From NCBI GenBank assembly GCA_028534125.1, contig CM052817.1:74464001-74528000 (forward strand): a stretch of DNA of 64,000 bases, given 5' to 3'. The translations under genes were made by a program, and so were the position numbers. Every line of letters begins with the position of its first letter. Position 1 is the stretch's first letter. The notes beneath the pieces were generated by a model. It was not told the origin of the DNA, ran no database searches, and worked only from the letters and a program-made list of their open reading frames with translations. Below, one piece after another: positions 22,947 to 37,420 of this stretch. The DNA is from Lama glama (lineage: Eukaryota).

Positions 22947-24829
22947 TTTGCTTTTCACTTAAGAGTTTGTTATATTATGACTATGGTTGCTAAAACAAAA
23001 AGAATGTTTTTAGTAGTCATTCAGTGTATTTATAGTGCAGTGTTATTTATCTGTTTTTTCTCATGTTTGAAATTGTTTTACATCTTCTTTGGTCAACATA
23101 AATCAAGTCAGTGTTGTGTGGCCTAGGTGTAGGCATGGTACACACTTCCTGTGGTATGCACGGGAGGGGGTTCTGTACATGATGCAGAGAGGGTTCTAAC
23201 AAGGGAACAGTCACTGTGGGTGAGTCCCTTCCACCCTCATGCTACAGATGTAAAGTGAGATGAAGTGAGTTGCCGACATCATGAGTATACCCAATGAAAA
23301 TATTGGCAGAAGCATAATATCTGCAGACCCCAAAGTTTTTTGGTGTGAAGCTGTAAAGAATTGCACAGGGGATGACAGGGGCAGATGACATCAATCTTGA
23401 TGTGATTCTCCACTTACATGACAATTGACTCTACTAAGAGATAAAGAAAGAGTGACACTTGTTTCACTATTCAAATTTGTGTAGACCGATTTTTAAATAG
23501 TCTATTTTTTTCTCATAATCAAGTTCCTCTTATTATCTAAGAATTGTAGAAAGGGAAAAAGTACAGTAATTATTATAAAATAAGCAGCTGTAACAATTTT
23601 ACAAAAATGTATTTTGTACTTAATTTAAGCATTACTCTGTTAGATAATGTATAAAAATAAGAGGAGTAAAATAAACTATCTGGGTTGAAAATTGTAGGAG
23701 AAAGACTTATTTGGAAGCTTGTACATTAAATGAAAATATTTGTACTAGAAGAGTTTGATTTTTTCATGCATTGTGGCAGGCAGTTAATTTCTTGACTATG
23801 CTAACTTATGTTTTTGAATTCAAAGCTAAACATCTGGCATTTGAAAGAATTCTTAAAAATGTAACTTACAGATAAACCTACTTAGAATACAATAAATTGA
23901 GGGCATTGGGCAAGTAGAGTTGTAAAAAATCTATGCATGACATCCTTCCCTGCCCTCAAGATTCTTCCCACTCCTAACGCACATCTTTAAGGGACGTTTT
24001 CTAGCAGTCATTTAACAGAGTTACTGTGTTCCAGATTTGGAATGAGTGATTTACACAGATAACTACATTTAATTCTCAAAATAACCCTGGGAGGGAAGGT
24101 TAACTGGAGCTACTGTGAAGCCTTTTTTTTGATGTGGAACCCACTCTGAATTGGCAACCCAAACCTGGTATATTTTTGTTTCACAATCCAAAAGATCCAA
24201 CAAGCATTGTGCCTTTCTTTGTGGAAGGTATACCATATTTCTCTCACTTTCTAAGCAATATCTTGACATTTCCTAGATGTGGACCTCTGAAACTTCTCTA
24301 GTTTATCTTCTACCCTCTGACATGCATGGCTCCTTACTAAGGCATCTAGGGTTCTTAATTCCTGATCATCACATGCATTTAATATAACATTGTCAATATA
24401 GTAAACAATCCAGCATAATGTTCTGTGGCATATAAAAATTATAAAGTAGTATATGATGACAGAGGGCCTGAGGCAAAATGGTAAAGAAGTATTTTTGTCT
24501 CTGTGAAACTAACTACTTCTGATTATCTTTGTCAGATTTTTAAAAAATGGATTAAGTCGATAGCTGAATACTAGCTACTGGGAACCATAGTGATTTTTCT
24601 TTATCCATAACTACAGATTGTTTGTGATAAGGCTCAGTCATTCTCCAAGACCTGTTAAGCTTTGCACCAACCAAACAGGCTATTGAAATGGACATGTGGC
24701 GTGAATCAACTCCCCTGCATGTAAAAAAATCTTTTGTTATGGAGTTAATGTTTTCAGTTCACTCAGGCATGTGTTATCACTTTTAGATTGCTATATTTTG
24801 AGGGGGATTGAGGAGAAGGGTGAGGGGAA

Positions 24830-25150
24830 GGGAAAGCTTTACTGAAAGCAGGGAGAATAGCTTTATGGAGAGGGCTCCCTGACAGAAGCTGTGACATTCA
24901 GAGGAGAAGGAGCCAACTCCCAGCGTCCAGCAGGGAGGGACCTGGGGGAATACACAAATGCCCTAAATTCATCCTTCTTTACCCTCCCAAATGTGCGGGT
25001 GCCTCCCATTGACCAAACCAACCAGAGGCCAGAGAGGGCAGCAGCTATTGGTGCATCCCATAGAGATCAGCCTCCTGGAGAACATGGAGAATAAATAAGA
25101 CTGGAGAGTATGATTGGTGGGAATACTGATTACTGAAAATAGCCAAAATA
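24830..25150 (-). mobile_element. ERVL LTR (LTR33-like) fragment
   Basis: gcctcccattgaccaaaccaaccagaggccagagaggg...catagagatcagcctcc matches recalled LTR33 sequence. Confidence 0.7.
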
Positions 25151-28100
25151 CAGGTCTGTCACAATTTAAGTACACTGCTGCTGGTTGTGAGAAGGAAATG
25201 AACAAAGCTGTAAAATTATAAAGTTTGCAGCATCTTACAAACTGCTTTCAAACATGGATCTTGGTCTGTGTTTTACTAACTCTGTTCTTACATGTCATTG
25301 GAAGCTCAGTTGAACTTCTGTGCCCATTTTTGAATTCCTATATTTGAGAATCACCCCTTACATCCTTCTCTTTGTTTAAAGCTGGTCATTTGAACCCCTT
25401 CCTACAGAATGGCTACTTTTCAAAGCATCTAGATCTGAAGATGCAAAATAAAACAAATTTTTAAAATGTCCAAAGATATGTGTTTTATATTTATGTGTTG
25501 GAGGGAGCTGGTGCCAATCAAGTGGCTGTGGAATGGAGATGTTTTGTTCTGTTTGTTCAAGCTGTGTTTCTCTGTGGGGTTTTGAGCCAATAGATTTTGA
25601 AATATCAAAATCATATGTGTGGAATCTAATGTATAATTATTTCTGAATCATAAATAAGCTGTAAATAGTAAATTGATTTGTGATTCCAAATATTTTAAAA
25701 CACAGTAAAGCAATACTTCTTTAATTTTCCATTTCAGAGAAAGCCCCCCACCAATCAAATGTTGTCTGCCTCACATTGAATTCTAAATAGTGCAGGAAAA
25801 TCGACATGCCAGAAGAAAGATAGTCATGAAACTGGCAAGAGTCCTCATTCCTTTCTAAATTTATATAGGCTAGAGTTTGTTTAACAGCTAAATGAAAATT
25901 TAAAGGAAATATTAAAAAAACTTACAACATGTATTTTCTCTTACATTGGTAAAGGGACTTTGGACTGCAAAATTAAAAAAAAAAAAAGAATGAAGTCACC
26001 CATGATAAAACATCTGGTTGAGTTTTGCTTTCCTTATTTGAATGAATAATATTTAAGTGGGATAACTGTTACTGTTCATAATGCTGATCTTTCAAAAGAG
26101 AACATTGCATTGTTTGTGGAACCCTAGTAATGTGGGAAAATGTTGTTTGTCATTTGATTAACTTGCTCAGACTTTTTGGTTTTTGGTGAACATTGCATAC
26201 TCTAGCAGAAATGCTGTGGTTTAGAAAGTGGATTTTCCAGCTCTGAGTGACTCAAACTCTTTACTCAATCATCCCCAGGATGGAAGTATCTCGGAACATA
26301 GAACTCTTGTCTAGTAAGTGCACCCCTTAAAGAAAGGAATTTGGGCAAGGTCTAGTAGAATTGTAAATAAAACACAGGGTTTAGTTACATCAGGATGGGC
26401 TCCCACAGGAATTAAATGTTTGCTTCCCAGGGGAAGCTGCAACCGTTAAAGACAAAATTTGGGGCTGTTTTTAAGTAAAGAAGAATATTCTTATTTGATT
26501 TTATTACATACTGATTTTGCTTTTACAAAATGTGGAACAGATGGAAAAATTAAATTACCATCATAGCAGTTTTTTCATATCTATTTCATTTGAAAGATAA
26601 AGATGACAAAGCCAATTTTCAAATTACCATTGGTGTTTTGGTGAAGATCAGCTGGGGTATTACTCTTTAGATAATGGAGGATTTAAAAAAAAAACAATTT
26701 TTTATTGTGGCAAATTTTAATTGTATAAAAAGTAGAAAGAATGTATAATGAAATCTATTGCTCATCATCAAGCTTTAACAATCTTGAGCACAGAATTAAT
26801 ATTTTCTATCATAATTTCAGAAAATTTAAGCACTATGGAGATCTCCAAGATATCAACCCAATATGATGACAGTATTTTACAGATGTGGCTTTTGAGGGCT
26901 AAAGAAGTTAAGTGAAAGCCCTGTAAAGAGCCTGTGTCCATTCCTGGAAATTAGTAGGTCACCACTGCTACTGGTTGTAGGGAAACTTCAGGTTTGGTGA
27001 AAACTCTTTATCAGAAGTGACAGAGCTTAGGGAAATGGTCGAAAAGCACAGATGTCTTAAGTCCCCAAAAGAAGGTGGAAACATTAACAGTTGGAACCAC
27101 CAGCTCTCAGGGGCAATCTGGAGTGGATAGTGCGTAGCCAAGAGTTCTCTGTAAGCTGGACATCCCAGCTGGCTGACAGTCAGGACCGGAGCACTGTTCT
27201 GGTTTGTCCTAACAGCCAAATACTCTGTGGTGGAATTATAGGTAGAGAAGAGCTGATGAGGTGAGTGACAAACACTGACGGGGAATATGCAACCAAAGAC
27301 AGAGGGGAGAGAAGAGAGGCAGAAGCTAAGATCAGAATCAGAGATCAATTTTGATTTCTCTTCCATATGCTCTGTAAAAATGCTAACTAAACGAACTTTG
27401 GATTTTGCTTATTGCCTCCATATGCATGAATTCTTTATGTAAATATCAGGTGGTGGTGCAACTTCTCAGTAACTTAGGAACATCTGGAATCCAATACCTG
27501 TGCTTGTGTGGAATCTTCACTGAGACTTTTATTCTAGGGCAGGGTCTAAGTTTCCAATAAATGGAGCTTGCCTGAAATTCTGACATGCATGTGTGAGTCT
27601 ACTTTTCGTGGAGCGTACTAGAATCGTTTATCCACTAACTTTCTTTGAAGATAAAAAGTCAATAAGTTGAAGTTTTCTATTTCTGTTATAGAAAACTCCA
27701 GACATTTTTTTAAGTATTACTTTTTCTTCTATTTTTTTTCTCTGAAAATTTTCATTAGGTAATAATCTCTTTGGAATGTCTTCAAATTGTCTGATATCAT
27801 AAAAATTGGATCACTTTTGGCCATTTTCTAATTTCACAAATGAAAAACATAACATTTTAAAAGTAGTATCATACTATAAAGCAAAAATAACTTAAAATGC
27901 GGCCAAATAATTTGCTTATTTCTTCTATTTTAACACGTGTATTTTATAAAACCTCAAATTCTGTTGTAGTTTCTAAAGAATGCTGAATTTAGGCTGCTGT
28001 TTAGTCAATTGGTAGGAAACATCTTACTGTTAATACAGTTTGTTTTAGAAATTCAAACCAGCATGTAAGCAATATCTTATTAAAAACTGAGCCTTCCGTA

Positions 28101-31100
28101 GTTCAGGAATAATTTAAATCAGACAACAGGATTTTTATGAGAATCAAAGTATCTAAAGTGAGACTTGAACATTTACCAAAGAAAAGAGGTTTGTCATTTT
28201 TTCATTCCAAAGTTCAACAGTTCAAAAAGTAGTAAAGCAATCAGCAATCATTATCATATTTTTCTGGCATAGTTTTTCTGATTAGCCCTCTCTAATTAGA
28301 GTGTAACCTTAAGAGAATGGCTCACAAGGTGTTAAATTTGATTGGGGAAGAGCAGCATATGGATCAGGGACCATGGGTTGCATCAGCGTGGTTTAGCTAT
28401 GCGTTGCTCGGTGGCATCTGATGGGGAGGCCAAGGAGAAACACAAATGGATTGGGATAGGTAAGTGCAGGTCAAAGTAGGAAGTGCATGTCTGGTGCACA
28501 GACAGACTTCACTTAATTCACATTTGTGCCTTTGTCTGATCTCATTAGAATAATAACATTTCCATAATTTCCTCTGTCCCTTCATTTGCTGTTCAACAAA
28601 CAAGACATTGATTCTAATGCCTATTCTGAACCTATTCTCTTAAGTTTAAATACTTTGCCATTTGTCCTAACCTTAGGGAAACTGAAAAACTACACATTGC
28701 CACACTTTAAAAACTTGACTTTGTTTTCTTTTTATCAAATACATCCACTTTTTAAACTCACCCCCAAACCAATATTGAATTAAAAATTTAAAGAAAGGTT
28801 TCTTTTGTCTACTGAACCATTCCCTAATAAGTATTGGTATTGAGGACAGAAAACAAATTACATCACTATTTCTGTTTATTTTAGTGCTTTGTTTCCAATG
28901 CAGGGCACTTATTCATTCAGGTACATTAGGCCAAAAAGGAAGGGTGGTTCCAGCTGTGAAAAACTGATAATCTGAGCTTTTCTTGAACTAGAGACTTGAA
29001 CTAGTGGGTGAATGAAGATAAATAAATCTGAATATTTATAAACACTATATATTCTAAAGTTTGACAGATAGCTTGATTTCACTCTAGCTTAACTCTTTCC
29101 AGGTGACTCAGAGTACTTTTTTTTTTAATCACACCACCTTCATATGTCTTCCCCTGCTTCCCCCTACCCCAGGTCATAAATATTAAACAGACATCTCTAC
29201 CTTCACCAGTTTAACACTGATGAATTCAATACTATTGATTGAGAAGTGGTACACTGAAACACTACATTGTGTATCATTTAAAAATATCTCGATCACTTAA
29301 AAACTCAATTCTTCAAATATGCAGAACAAAGCTGCTGTATTTTTACATTGATAAATTTCTAAACATGTCATATTCTTAGAGAGTACCTAATAGACTTGAA
29401 AAGTGTATCATTATTATGCCTATTATGTCTGTCCCTGTCTAACCTGCTTCCTCTATTTGTGTTTGTGTAAATGTGTCTTAAAAAGTCTGTAACATATAGT
29501 AAGTGTATTTTAAATATTATAAATATACTGTCAAGAAAATACAAGGATTTATGATCTCAAAACAAAATGTATTAAATGTTTCAAGTGTGTTTCAACATAT
29601 GCGAATTCAGTGAAATCAGAGGTGAAAGGACCTCACAGTGTAGTAGTCAGCTCTGGTCTTTCTTTGTCTACTAGGTATACTGTTTCTATGGAAACTTCAT
29701 TTGGAGTAAACATAACTATTATTTTAAGTATTAAAATACCTGTGGTATTATAAAGTCAATAGATTTACTCTTTAGTAATAGAAACACTTCAATATTTAAA
29801 ATATATTGTGCATTCTGAGCACAGTACATATTTTTTCAGCTTAAAACTAAATTTCGTGAAATTTCTTTTCTCATTAAAATGAATGATAAACTCAGTACCC
29901 CTTCAAACATCTACTATGTATTGCCTTGAAATAAAATATTTAAATAATTGTGCATAATATTTGGTAGGGCACTGTGAAAAAAAAGTACCTTTAACCAAAA
30001 TTGCCTATATGGTAACGTCGTAAAAGAAACAAAACAGAACAAAACTACATTACCACAAAAATAGACAATTTTTTGTTGGAATAAGTTTTACAGGTAACTT
30101 TTAATAGATTAAATATCACATAGATGTTTTCATGAAATTAAATTGTGTAACACTTGGTCTTTCATTTAGCCAAGCATTACCTCTTCTCTGCTACATTAAT
30201 ATAACCCGTTACATTCATGATGTACTGCAGAAATGCTAAGTTTCAGTATCTTCTACAGCACTTGATGGAAAATATAGTAACTGTCTTTTTCAAAGTCAGT
30301 GCAACTGCATCTTTGCAGTCCTGCCCAGATCTTTTTGTAGATGAACTTGCTGTTTTATGTAGTACAATGATCATGTGCTCATTTGTCTGAATTAGCCATG
30401 GCTCCACCCCATGCTTGAGGAGACAGGCTCCGGAGGACAATGGTCAGTGGTAACAGTCTTTTTTTTTCCCCCAGAACGTTCACTCCTCAAGTTATGTCCA
30501 GATTTTAGAAAGTTAAGAGTGGTGTTAGCTGGCTGGCAAACAAAGAGAGTTTTGTTAACCAAAAGGGGAACTTCCTTCCTTGGCTTTGAGTTTTTAAGAA
30601 CTCATTTTCATACTACCTTGGTTCAAAGCCTTTAAGTTGTATTAACAATATATCAGGCATTCCTTTATCCTTCTTGTCTACTTTCTACTCTCTCTATTCC
30701 TTTTTCTCCTTTATTAATAATGGACTTGGGGAAGGGCTCTGCCAAATTTCAGGAAGAACTGTCTGACTCAGAATAAAACTGACATCAAGGAGCGGTGTCA
30801 GTGTAGATTTTCAGTTAAAAGGCTTCAAGCAAACCTCTGTATTGAGGCAGGAGACGCAGCATGAATGCTCATGCCACATGGAGCAATAGTTCTTTGACCT
30901 AAAACATCATCTGTCTTTGCTGAAGTAATTTTTCTTTTTTCTTTTTGTCTCTCCTGAAGTAATTCTTAATATATCACATGAGTTAGAGCAAGGTATTATA
31001 CCAAAATAAAGCACAAAAAACCCCAAAACCAAACCAAAAAAAAAAAATCATGTTAATCACTTACCTTTAAGAAGCTTACATTGTAAAAAAAAGCGTTTAA

Positions 31101-31329
31101 GGGAACTCTAAAAGTCCTCTAAAAAGTCCTTAATTTCTGAGTTGCAGGCTTTATCTTCTAGATCTGTGCCCACTGATAATTTAAAGTAGATTTTTAGCTC
31201 CTATCTGCTATCTGTATTTTAACTTTCAAAATAGAATATAATACAAAAACATATTTCTGATTTACTTAAACAATGTATTGTATAAAAATAAATCTGTTTG
31301 CATTAGAGAATATTGACTATAAAGAATAC

Positions 31330-31780
31330 ATTAGTTATTCAGAGTGTCCCAATCTAGAGGGGCTTCAAAATAAGAAAATGAAAACAAAATGAAAGAAAGA
31401 AAGTTTTCAAATAAATATAGACAAAAATATCCCAGACTTGAAAAGAGACTTACATTTTTGGTTTAAAAATGCTTGACTGGTGTCAGGCAAGGTTAATGAC
31501 AAGACCCACATACAAAGATATCCTGGTGAAGTTTCAGAATTCTAAACCTAAATAGATAATCCTAAAAATAATGAGAGAAACATAGATAACCCACAAAAAA
31601 CCAAAGTCAGATTAGTACAGGATGCCCTCAAAAATTTTACCTAGAATTCTATATTTTGCCAAAAAATTAAACTATGATTGCAAAGGAAAAGGAAAAGGAA
31701 AACCTTGAAAGAAGAGGAGGGATTTTCTGTATTGAAAAAATAACAAATATCAGGAAAATATGAAAGACATTTATCTACAT
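31330..31780 (+). mobile_element. Ancient L1/HAL1 ORF1 remnant
   Basis: Decayed ORF1 motifs: cccagacttgaaaagagac (FPELK-like), gacccaca...atcctggtgaagtttcagaat (RHILVKF-like), acctagaattctata (PRILY). Confidence 0.65.
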
Positions 31781-32769
31781 GCCTTATAATTTTGAAGTTT
31801 ACATACTGTGAGGAATTTCACAAATCAACAATTGTAGCCGAAGTTCTGAGTGCATTTCTCTGGACTATGGCCTCTTCCCCATTACAGAATTACAGAAATG
31901 GGTTACCATAACTTATTTGTTGATAACTCCAGCGCTCATCTTCTATTCTTTTAATTATTAGGAGCTGTTTCCTCTTTGAAAATTAGTTTCCTTCCATATA
32001 ATATGCTCTCAAGAGGGAAGAAGTCTATTATCTTGACCTAAAATTTATAACCTTTAGATTTCTTAATCAAAATATCTTCATTTAACTTAAGTAGATCTGT
32101 GATTGCTGTCTGGCCAGGACTCATATTATCACCTGCTCCTTGTATTTTTATGTCATTCAGTTACCTGATTTTAATATTTTGCTCTCAGAAGATGATGATT
32201 ATCTGGTTGAACTGTCTGTGCTCATAATGGTGATGTTTCTATCTTGGTAAATATTTCCTAACATGATGATAGTGTTCTTCTTTGACTCATAATGAAATTT
32301 TAAAATATAAAAAATAAAGGCTGTTACTGCACATCATTCTATAAAACTGCACATCATGCTGTAGTGCTATTGATACTTTTGAGTGTGGAGGTCATGATAT
32401 AGGCACAGTGATGGGAAATGCTGGCTGTCACAGATCTGTTTCTCAGCACTGAACTTCATCCCACTTAAATTATCCAGAGATTTTAGAATATATAGTAAAA
32501 TCTCTCCTCTGCATTTTTATGTGAGATTAAAGAAGAATATTGCAATAAGAATTTTGCAAATAAATACACTGAAAGAGCAACTATTATTTAGTTTTTATTA
32601 TGTTACATTAACAATGAAGCAAAGCCTTATGCAAATGTTGATTCACTAGGTTATTACATAATTTTTTGATAAGAAGTAATATATTATGAGCACTCACTCC
32701 TCAGAGGTAGGTGTTTTCTTAGACATCTTCAAGATTTTATCTGTCTATATTTATTAGTTGATATGTAAA

Positions 32770-32960
32770 TACTGAATGCTTTCTATAACAGATGCCATGT
32801 GAAGTTTTTTAACCTAAAGCCTCACAATAACCCTGCAATTAATGTGCAATGCATTATCCCCTTCTTTCAGATGAGGAAATTGAAGCTTACAGAGAGTGGC
32901 TTGCAGAGATGGGATACTAACCAGGCCTAGATGTCTGTGATCCCACTGTGCTCTGCTGTC
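32770..32960 (-). mobile_element. MIR
   Basis: cctcacaataaccctg...cattatccccttctttcagatgaggaaattgaagct. Confidence 0.75.
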
Positions 32961-33099
32961 TTTTTTTAAACTGAACGTATTGTCTTTTTTACATGTCTGA
33001 TTAGGAACCCTCTCAGTAGGATCGCTGTTGAAGAGCTCTAAGGAAGTTGCTAAGAACTTTCATAAGAATTCCATGTAAGTTTTAATTCATATACAACTG

Positions 33100-33451
33100 T
33101 GTTCATGAACCACATTGGCCTAGAGCAAATGGACCACCAGATATTTCTTCAGCAAAAATGGGTTTATTTGGGATCAGCAGGGAATTGTAGTTTGGAGTCT
33201 GCAGCCATGGTGAGATACATGCAAGTCCCCACATGGCAAGGGAAGGAAAACACTTTAATAAAGGGAAAAGAGACTTGAGAGGGCTATAGGAAGCAAAGAG
33301 TCTAAGGCTTCTCATTGGCTAAGTCCTTGCCAGGAAAGAAGAGGAGTCTTTTTTTTTTCCTGTTGGACTCCGTTATCCTTACAGGGTATGAGAATTCTTC
33401 CTTCTCATCTCCTGACCCTAGTTAACTGAGGTTTCTGTTTATTTTTTTACA
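33100..33451 (-). mobile_element. ERV1-class solo LTR (~350 bp)
   Basis: TG...CA termini and a minus-strand AATAAA near 33163-33168. Flanks ACTG/ACCA fit an ACCG TSD that decayed at the CpG in both directions. Confidence 0.75.
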
Positions 33452-33759
33452 ACCATTAGCCAGGTTCAACTCTCCTTTTGAAATCATTTCTCTTTGTTAC
33501 TCTACACTCTCAAAACAGTTGCCAAATCCTGTTGTTTAACATCTGTTTTCTCTACAAGACAGATTTGTGTGTCTTATGAAGCAGGCGCTATTTTGTGAAA
33601 GCAGGCACCATTTTGGTCTAATGTTATTTCTTGTGTCTAGGAAAATGCTTTGCCTAGAGGAGCTAATAAACATTTGTAAGTGCAGTGATTTCTTAGCTAT
33701 CTCCTCTTTTCATCTCTTACTGTCAGCAAAGCAGATAGAGCCTTCAAAACTTTTCACTT

Positions 33760-33975
33760 GGGCTGTTAAATACAGTCACCTTCCCTTGGTTGACCTTTCG
33801 ACCTTAGGCCTCTTTCTGTTCCTCCAACCTGCCAAGCATGTTGCTGCCCCAGGACCTGTACACTTACTGTTCTCTGGGTAGAAACACTCTTCTCCCAGAG
33901 GACCATATTGCTTACTCCCACACCTCTCTTGGCTGTCTACTCAAATGACTTCCTTTCAATGAGAATACCTATTTA
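33760..33975 (+). mobile_element. L2 fragment
   Basis: ggcctctttctgttcctccaacctgccaagcatgttgctgccccaggacctgtacacttactgttc. Confidence 0.7.
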
Positions 33976-34099
33976 AAATAGCCACCTCTCTCCATCCATG
34001 GCTCCGTATTTGATTATTGAAATTTCATTCCTCAGTCTGAGGTTCAGTTTAGTCCCTTAAGGATAGCTCAGGGTGAAACCAGTGGGATTGTAGTACATG

Positions 34100-35070
34100 C
34101 AATCACAGAGGTGGGGGCCCAAATCACATAAGGCCTGGGAAACAGTTTCTAGAATTGCAACTTTTTCTATGAATAAGAGGAGGTATTGAAGGAGAGAAGT
34201 GAACAGGGACATGATTTAGTAGAGTATTTACTATTCTAGATGAGAGAGAGAGACAGAAAGAATGGTGTCTTGGAACTAAGTGTTAACAGAGGAACATATG
34301 GATAAAATTTGCCAATGAAATAAATGTAGGATGTGAGAGAATGAGAGGAGTCAAGAATGACCTTAAGGATGATGGCCTGAGAAATTGGAATGGTAGAATT
34401 TTCATTTACTAAGTTGAGAAAAATGTTGGCACAGTGGTTTTTAATGAGTAGATCGATTTAGGGCATGCCAAATTTGAGAAATCTATTTGATATTCAAGTA
34501 GAAAGTAATAGATAACCAAGTAGAGGGGAGAGTAAGCAGTTTCATGAAAAATTCTGGTATTTAAGCAATAAAACTAGACTTGGGATATGAATGTAGAAGT
34601 CAGTGTGTATGTGATGTATAAAACCATCAGGCTGGGTAAGATCACTGAGGAGTGAGGGCAAATAGAGAAGAGGTTCAGACTAAGCCCTAGGACACTTAGA
34701 TGAGGAGAAACCAGCAAGAGAGAGTGGGGGAAAGCAATTATTGTGATGGGAAGAGAACCCGTGGAATGAGCTGTCTCAGAAGACAAGAGAAGGTATTTCA
34801 AGGAGGAAGGAGAAATCAACTGGGTAAGTAGTTCTAATGAATCATATAAGGTGAGGACTGCGAAATGACTACTGAAATGACAAACATAGAAATCATTTCC
34901 AACCTTTGAAAGTGCAGGTTACAGAAGCTGCTGTTCAAAGACAGGGATAGGACATACTGCAAGAGAAGAACATGACATGTGCAAAGAGGATGGGGCTGTG
35001 AGGCAGGTTCCAGAGACAACAAGTAGTTCCTTTTTGAAAAAAGAATTAATGGGTAGGTTCTGGCCATTGA
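34100..35070 (-). mobile_element. L2 fragments
   Basis: gagaggagtcaagaatgacct...tttagggcatgccaaatttgaga...aagccctaggacac. Confidence 0.75.
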
Positions 35071-35100
35071 AGACTCATTACCTGACTTAGGTGTGGGGGA

Positions 35101-35136
35101 TGTGTGTATGTGTGTGTGTGTATGTATGTGTGTGTG
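35101..35136. repeat. (TG)n/(TATG)n microsatellite
   Basis: Directly visible. Confidence 0.9.
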
Positions 35137-37007
35137 ATTATTGACCATTCAATGTTTAAAAGCTTTAAAGAAAGTATGGTGGCATCAGTATCAGTAATGA
35201 ATTTAGGAGACAAAATTACCTCTTTAAGGCAATAGTGAAATGAATTTAAAAAATAAATTCAGCTTAATTTAACATTTGTAATTTTTTTTTAGATTTTTAC
35301 CCAAACAAGCAGAGTTGACACAAAACAGTCTTGAGAAGCATGGGTAGTGAAATAACAATTGAAAATAAATGTTTTAAGCATGGAATTTAAAAAAATTACA
35401 TCACAGATGATTTAATGTTTGTGTGCTTTATAAAAATCTCAAAAATATATAGAAAATACTCGTTTTGAAATTCTTGAGAAAATTGTACTTTATAATTTAT
35501 GGCAAAAATGTTTACTAGTTCACATAATATGAAAGTAGATGTTTAACTCCAAAAATTGTTTCACATGTGAGCTGGTGAAATTGCTATGAGGTATTCATTC
35601 TTTAAACTATATTTGTGTTTGTATTTTCATGATCCATAAAGCACTAATGTAAAACAGGTTTTCAACAGTCCTTGTATGTTTCACACAGCTGTCATGGGGC
35701 TAATGCAATAATCATGTATCCATATATGATCAGTGATGTAATCATTTTATGTACATATTAATGTTTAGTAAGTTCTACCCAGAAACTGGTGATATTATAA
35801 ACTGATATTCCAGAATCATGGTATAGTGTTTGGATTAACTGTCAGGGAAATTAGACCTGGTTAGCAACTCTGGTTCACAGTTTCCTTATCTCAGAAAAAT
35901 AGTATGTACTATGTCTGTCTTTTAAGGTTGGAAGGAATGATCAAAAAAATGATAATCCTCTTCCAATGTATTATTAATATTTGTTAATATTTTATATTAA
36001 TAAAATATAAATAAGTTTTAATTTATATTTTTTCTCAATATTGTAAATTGTTCCAAGAATGTAAAGTGTGAGTGTGCATGTGTGTGTATTTAAAAAGAAA
36101 CTTCAGTAGAACAAGAAAGGATATTTTGATATCTCATTTATTTATTGTTTCAGCAGATATATTCAATTTTAAAATAGTAGTATGAAACTCAAGCTAGAAT
36201 TGAGCTGCTGAAGTATTTCATAAACTGTCTTATTACAACCAAATTCAGAGATCAAGTGTCACTTAGCTTTAGAAAGCAAGCTTTATTTTTTAAAAGAAAC
36301 AAATCAATCTTTCTTTCAAATAACTAATAAGTACATGTTTTTTCCTCATATGTTTGCTAGATTTCTCTTCCCATCCTATGTATCATGACTTAAATTCTGT
36401 AATTTCTGCTACATTTGGGTCCAGATCTTTACTACCTCACAAAGTTATAATGCTTATTGTTTGCTTGATAATCTCACATGTTCCTTTCCTCCCTTGTGCT
36501 TGAGTTTCAGTCCCTTGTTTTTGATTCATATTATCTAATTTTAAAAAATCAGTTTCCAATTCAGCTCATTATACTACACACATATCCTTAGCATACTCTA
36601 CACACATTGGAAGAGAATTATCATTTTGGCCCATGATGGGAGCTCTTTCTCAAGAAGACTTATGAATATATCTACTTTGCAAAGAAGCAATAAAAAAAAG
36701 ACAGTCCACCTTTGGGAAGAAATAAAGTACATGTTGGTGTTTGATGTCCATCCAACTCGCAATGGATCTGCTGTGTTTTCTGCATGCCTTGTGAGTGCCG
36801 AATGGTCAACTGGGCAATAGATGATCCCCTAACTTATTGGCTATTAATAATGAGGAACTGGGGAAATTGACTGCAGGCTAGATAGTATCTTGGCTGTTCC
36901 CTCTGGGTGGGAAGATTTCTATATCAATACGGTGGACAGTCTCAGTATTACTCTGTTGTAACCACTAGTTCAAAGATTCTTCATGAGTAGCCAGAAGGTT
37001 TTGCCTC

Positions 37008-37420
37008 TATGATGGTTAATTTTATATGTCAATGAAGCTAGGCCATGGTATCCAGTTTTGGGTCAACTACCAGATGTTGTTGTGAAGGTATTTTTTCAGA
37101 TGTAATTAACATTTATATCAGTAGACTTTGAGTAAAGCAGATTACCCTCTATAATATGAGTGGGCCTCCAACCAGCTGAAGGCCTTAAAGGAAAAGACTG
37201 ACAACCCCCAGGGAAGAAAAAATTTGGTCTCCGGATGCTTTTGGATTCAAGACTGCAACATCATCTCTTTCCTGGTTCTCTAGTCTGCTGACCTGCCCTG
37301 CAAGTTTCAGACTTGCTATCCCCCATAATCATGTGAGCCAATTCTTTAAAATAAATCTCTCTCTCTCTCTCTCTTTCTATATATATATGTCTGTTTCTTT
37401 GGAGAACCCTGACAAATACA
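37008..37420 (+). mobile_element. ERVL LTR (MLT2C/MLT2D-like), solo
   Basis: TATGATGGTTAATTTTATATGTCAA...GGAGAACCCTGACAAATACA with internal (CT)n/(TA)n. TSD GCCTC/GCCCC. Confidence 0.9.

Noticed and set aside
36605..36950. Possible 5' LTR of the ERV-L-like provirus
   Set aside because: Only faint similarity to 42792-43240, and no PBS or matching TSD found.
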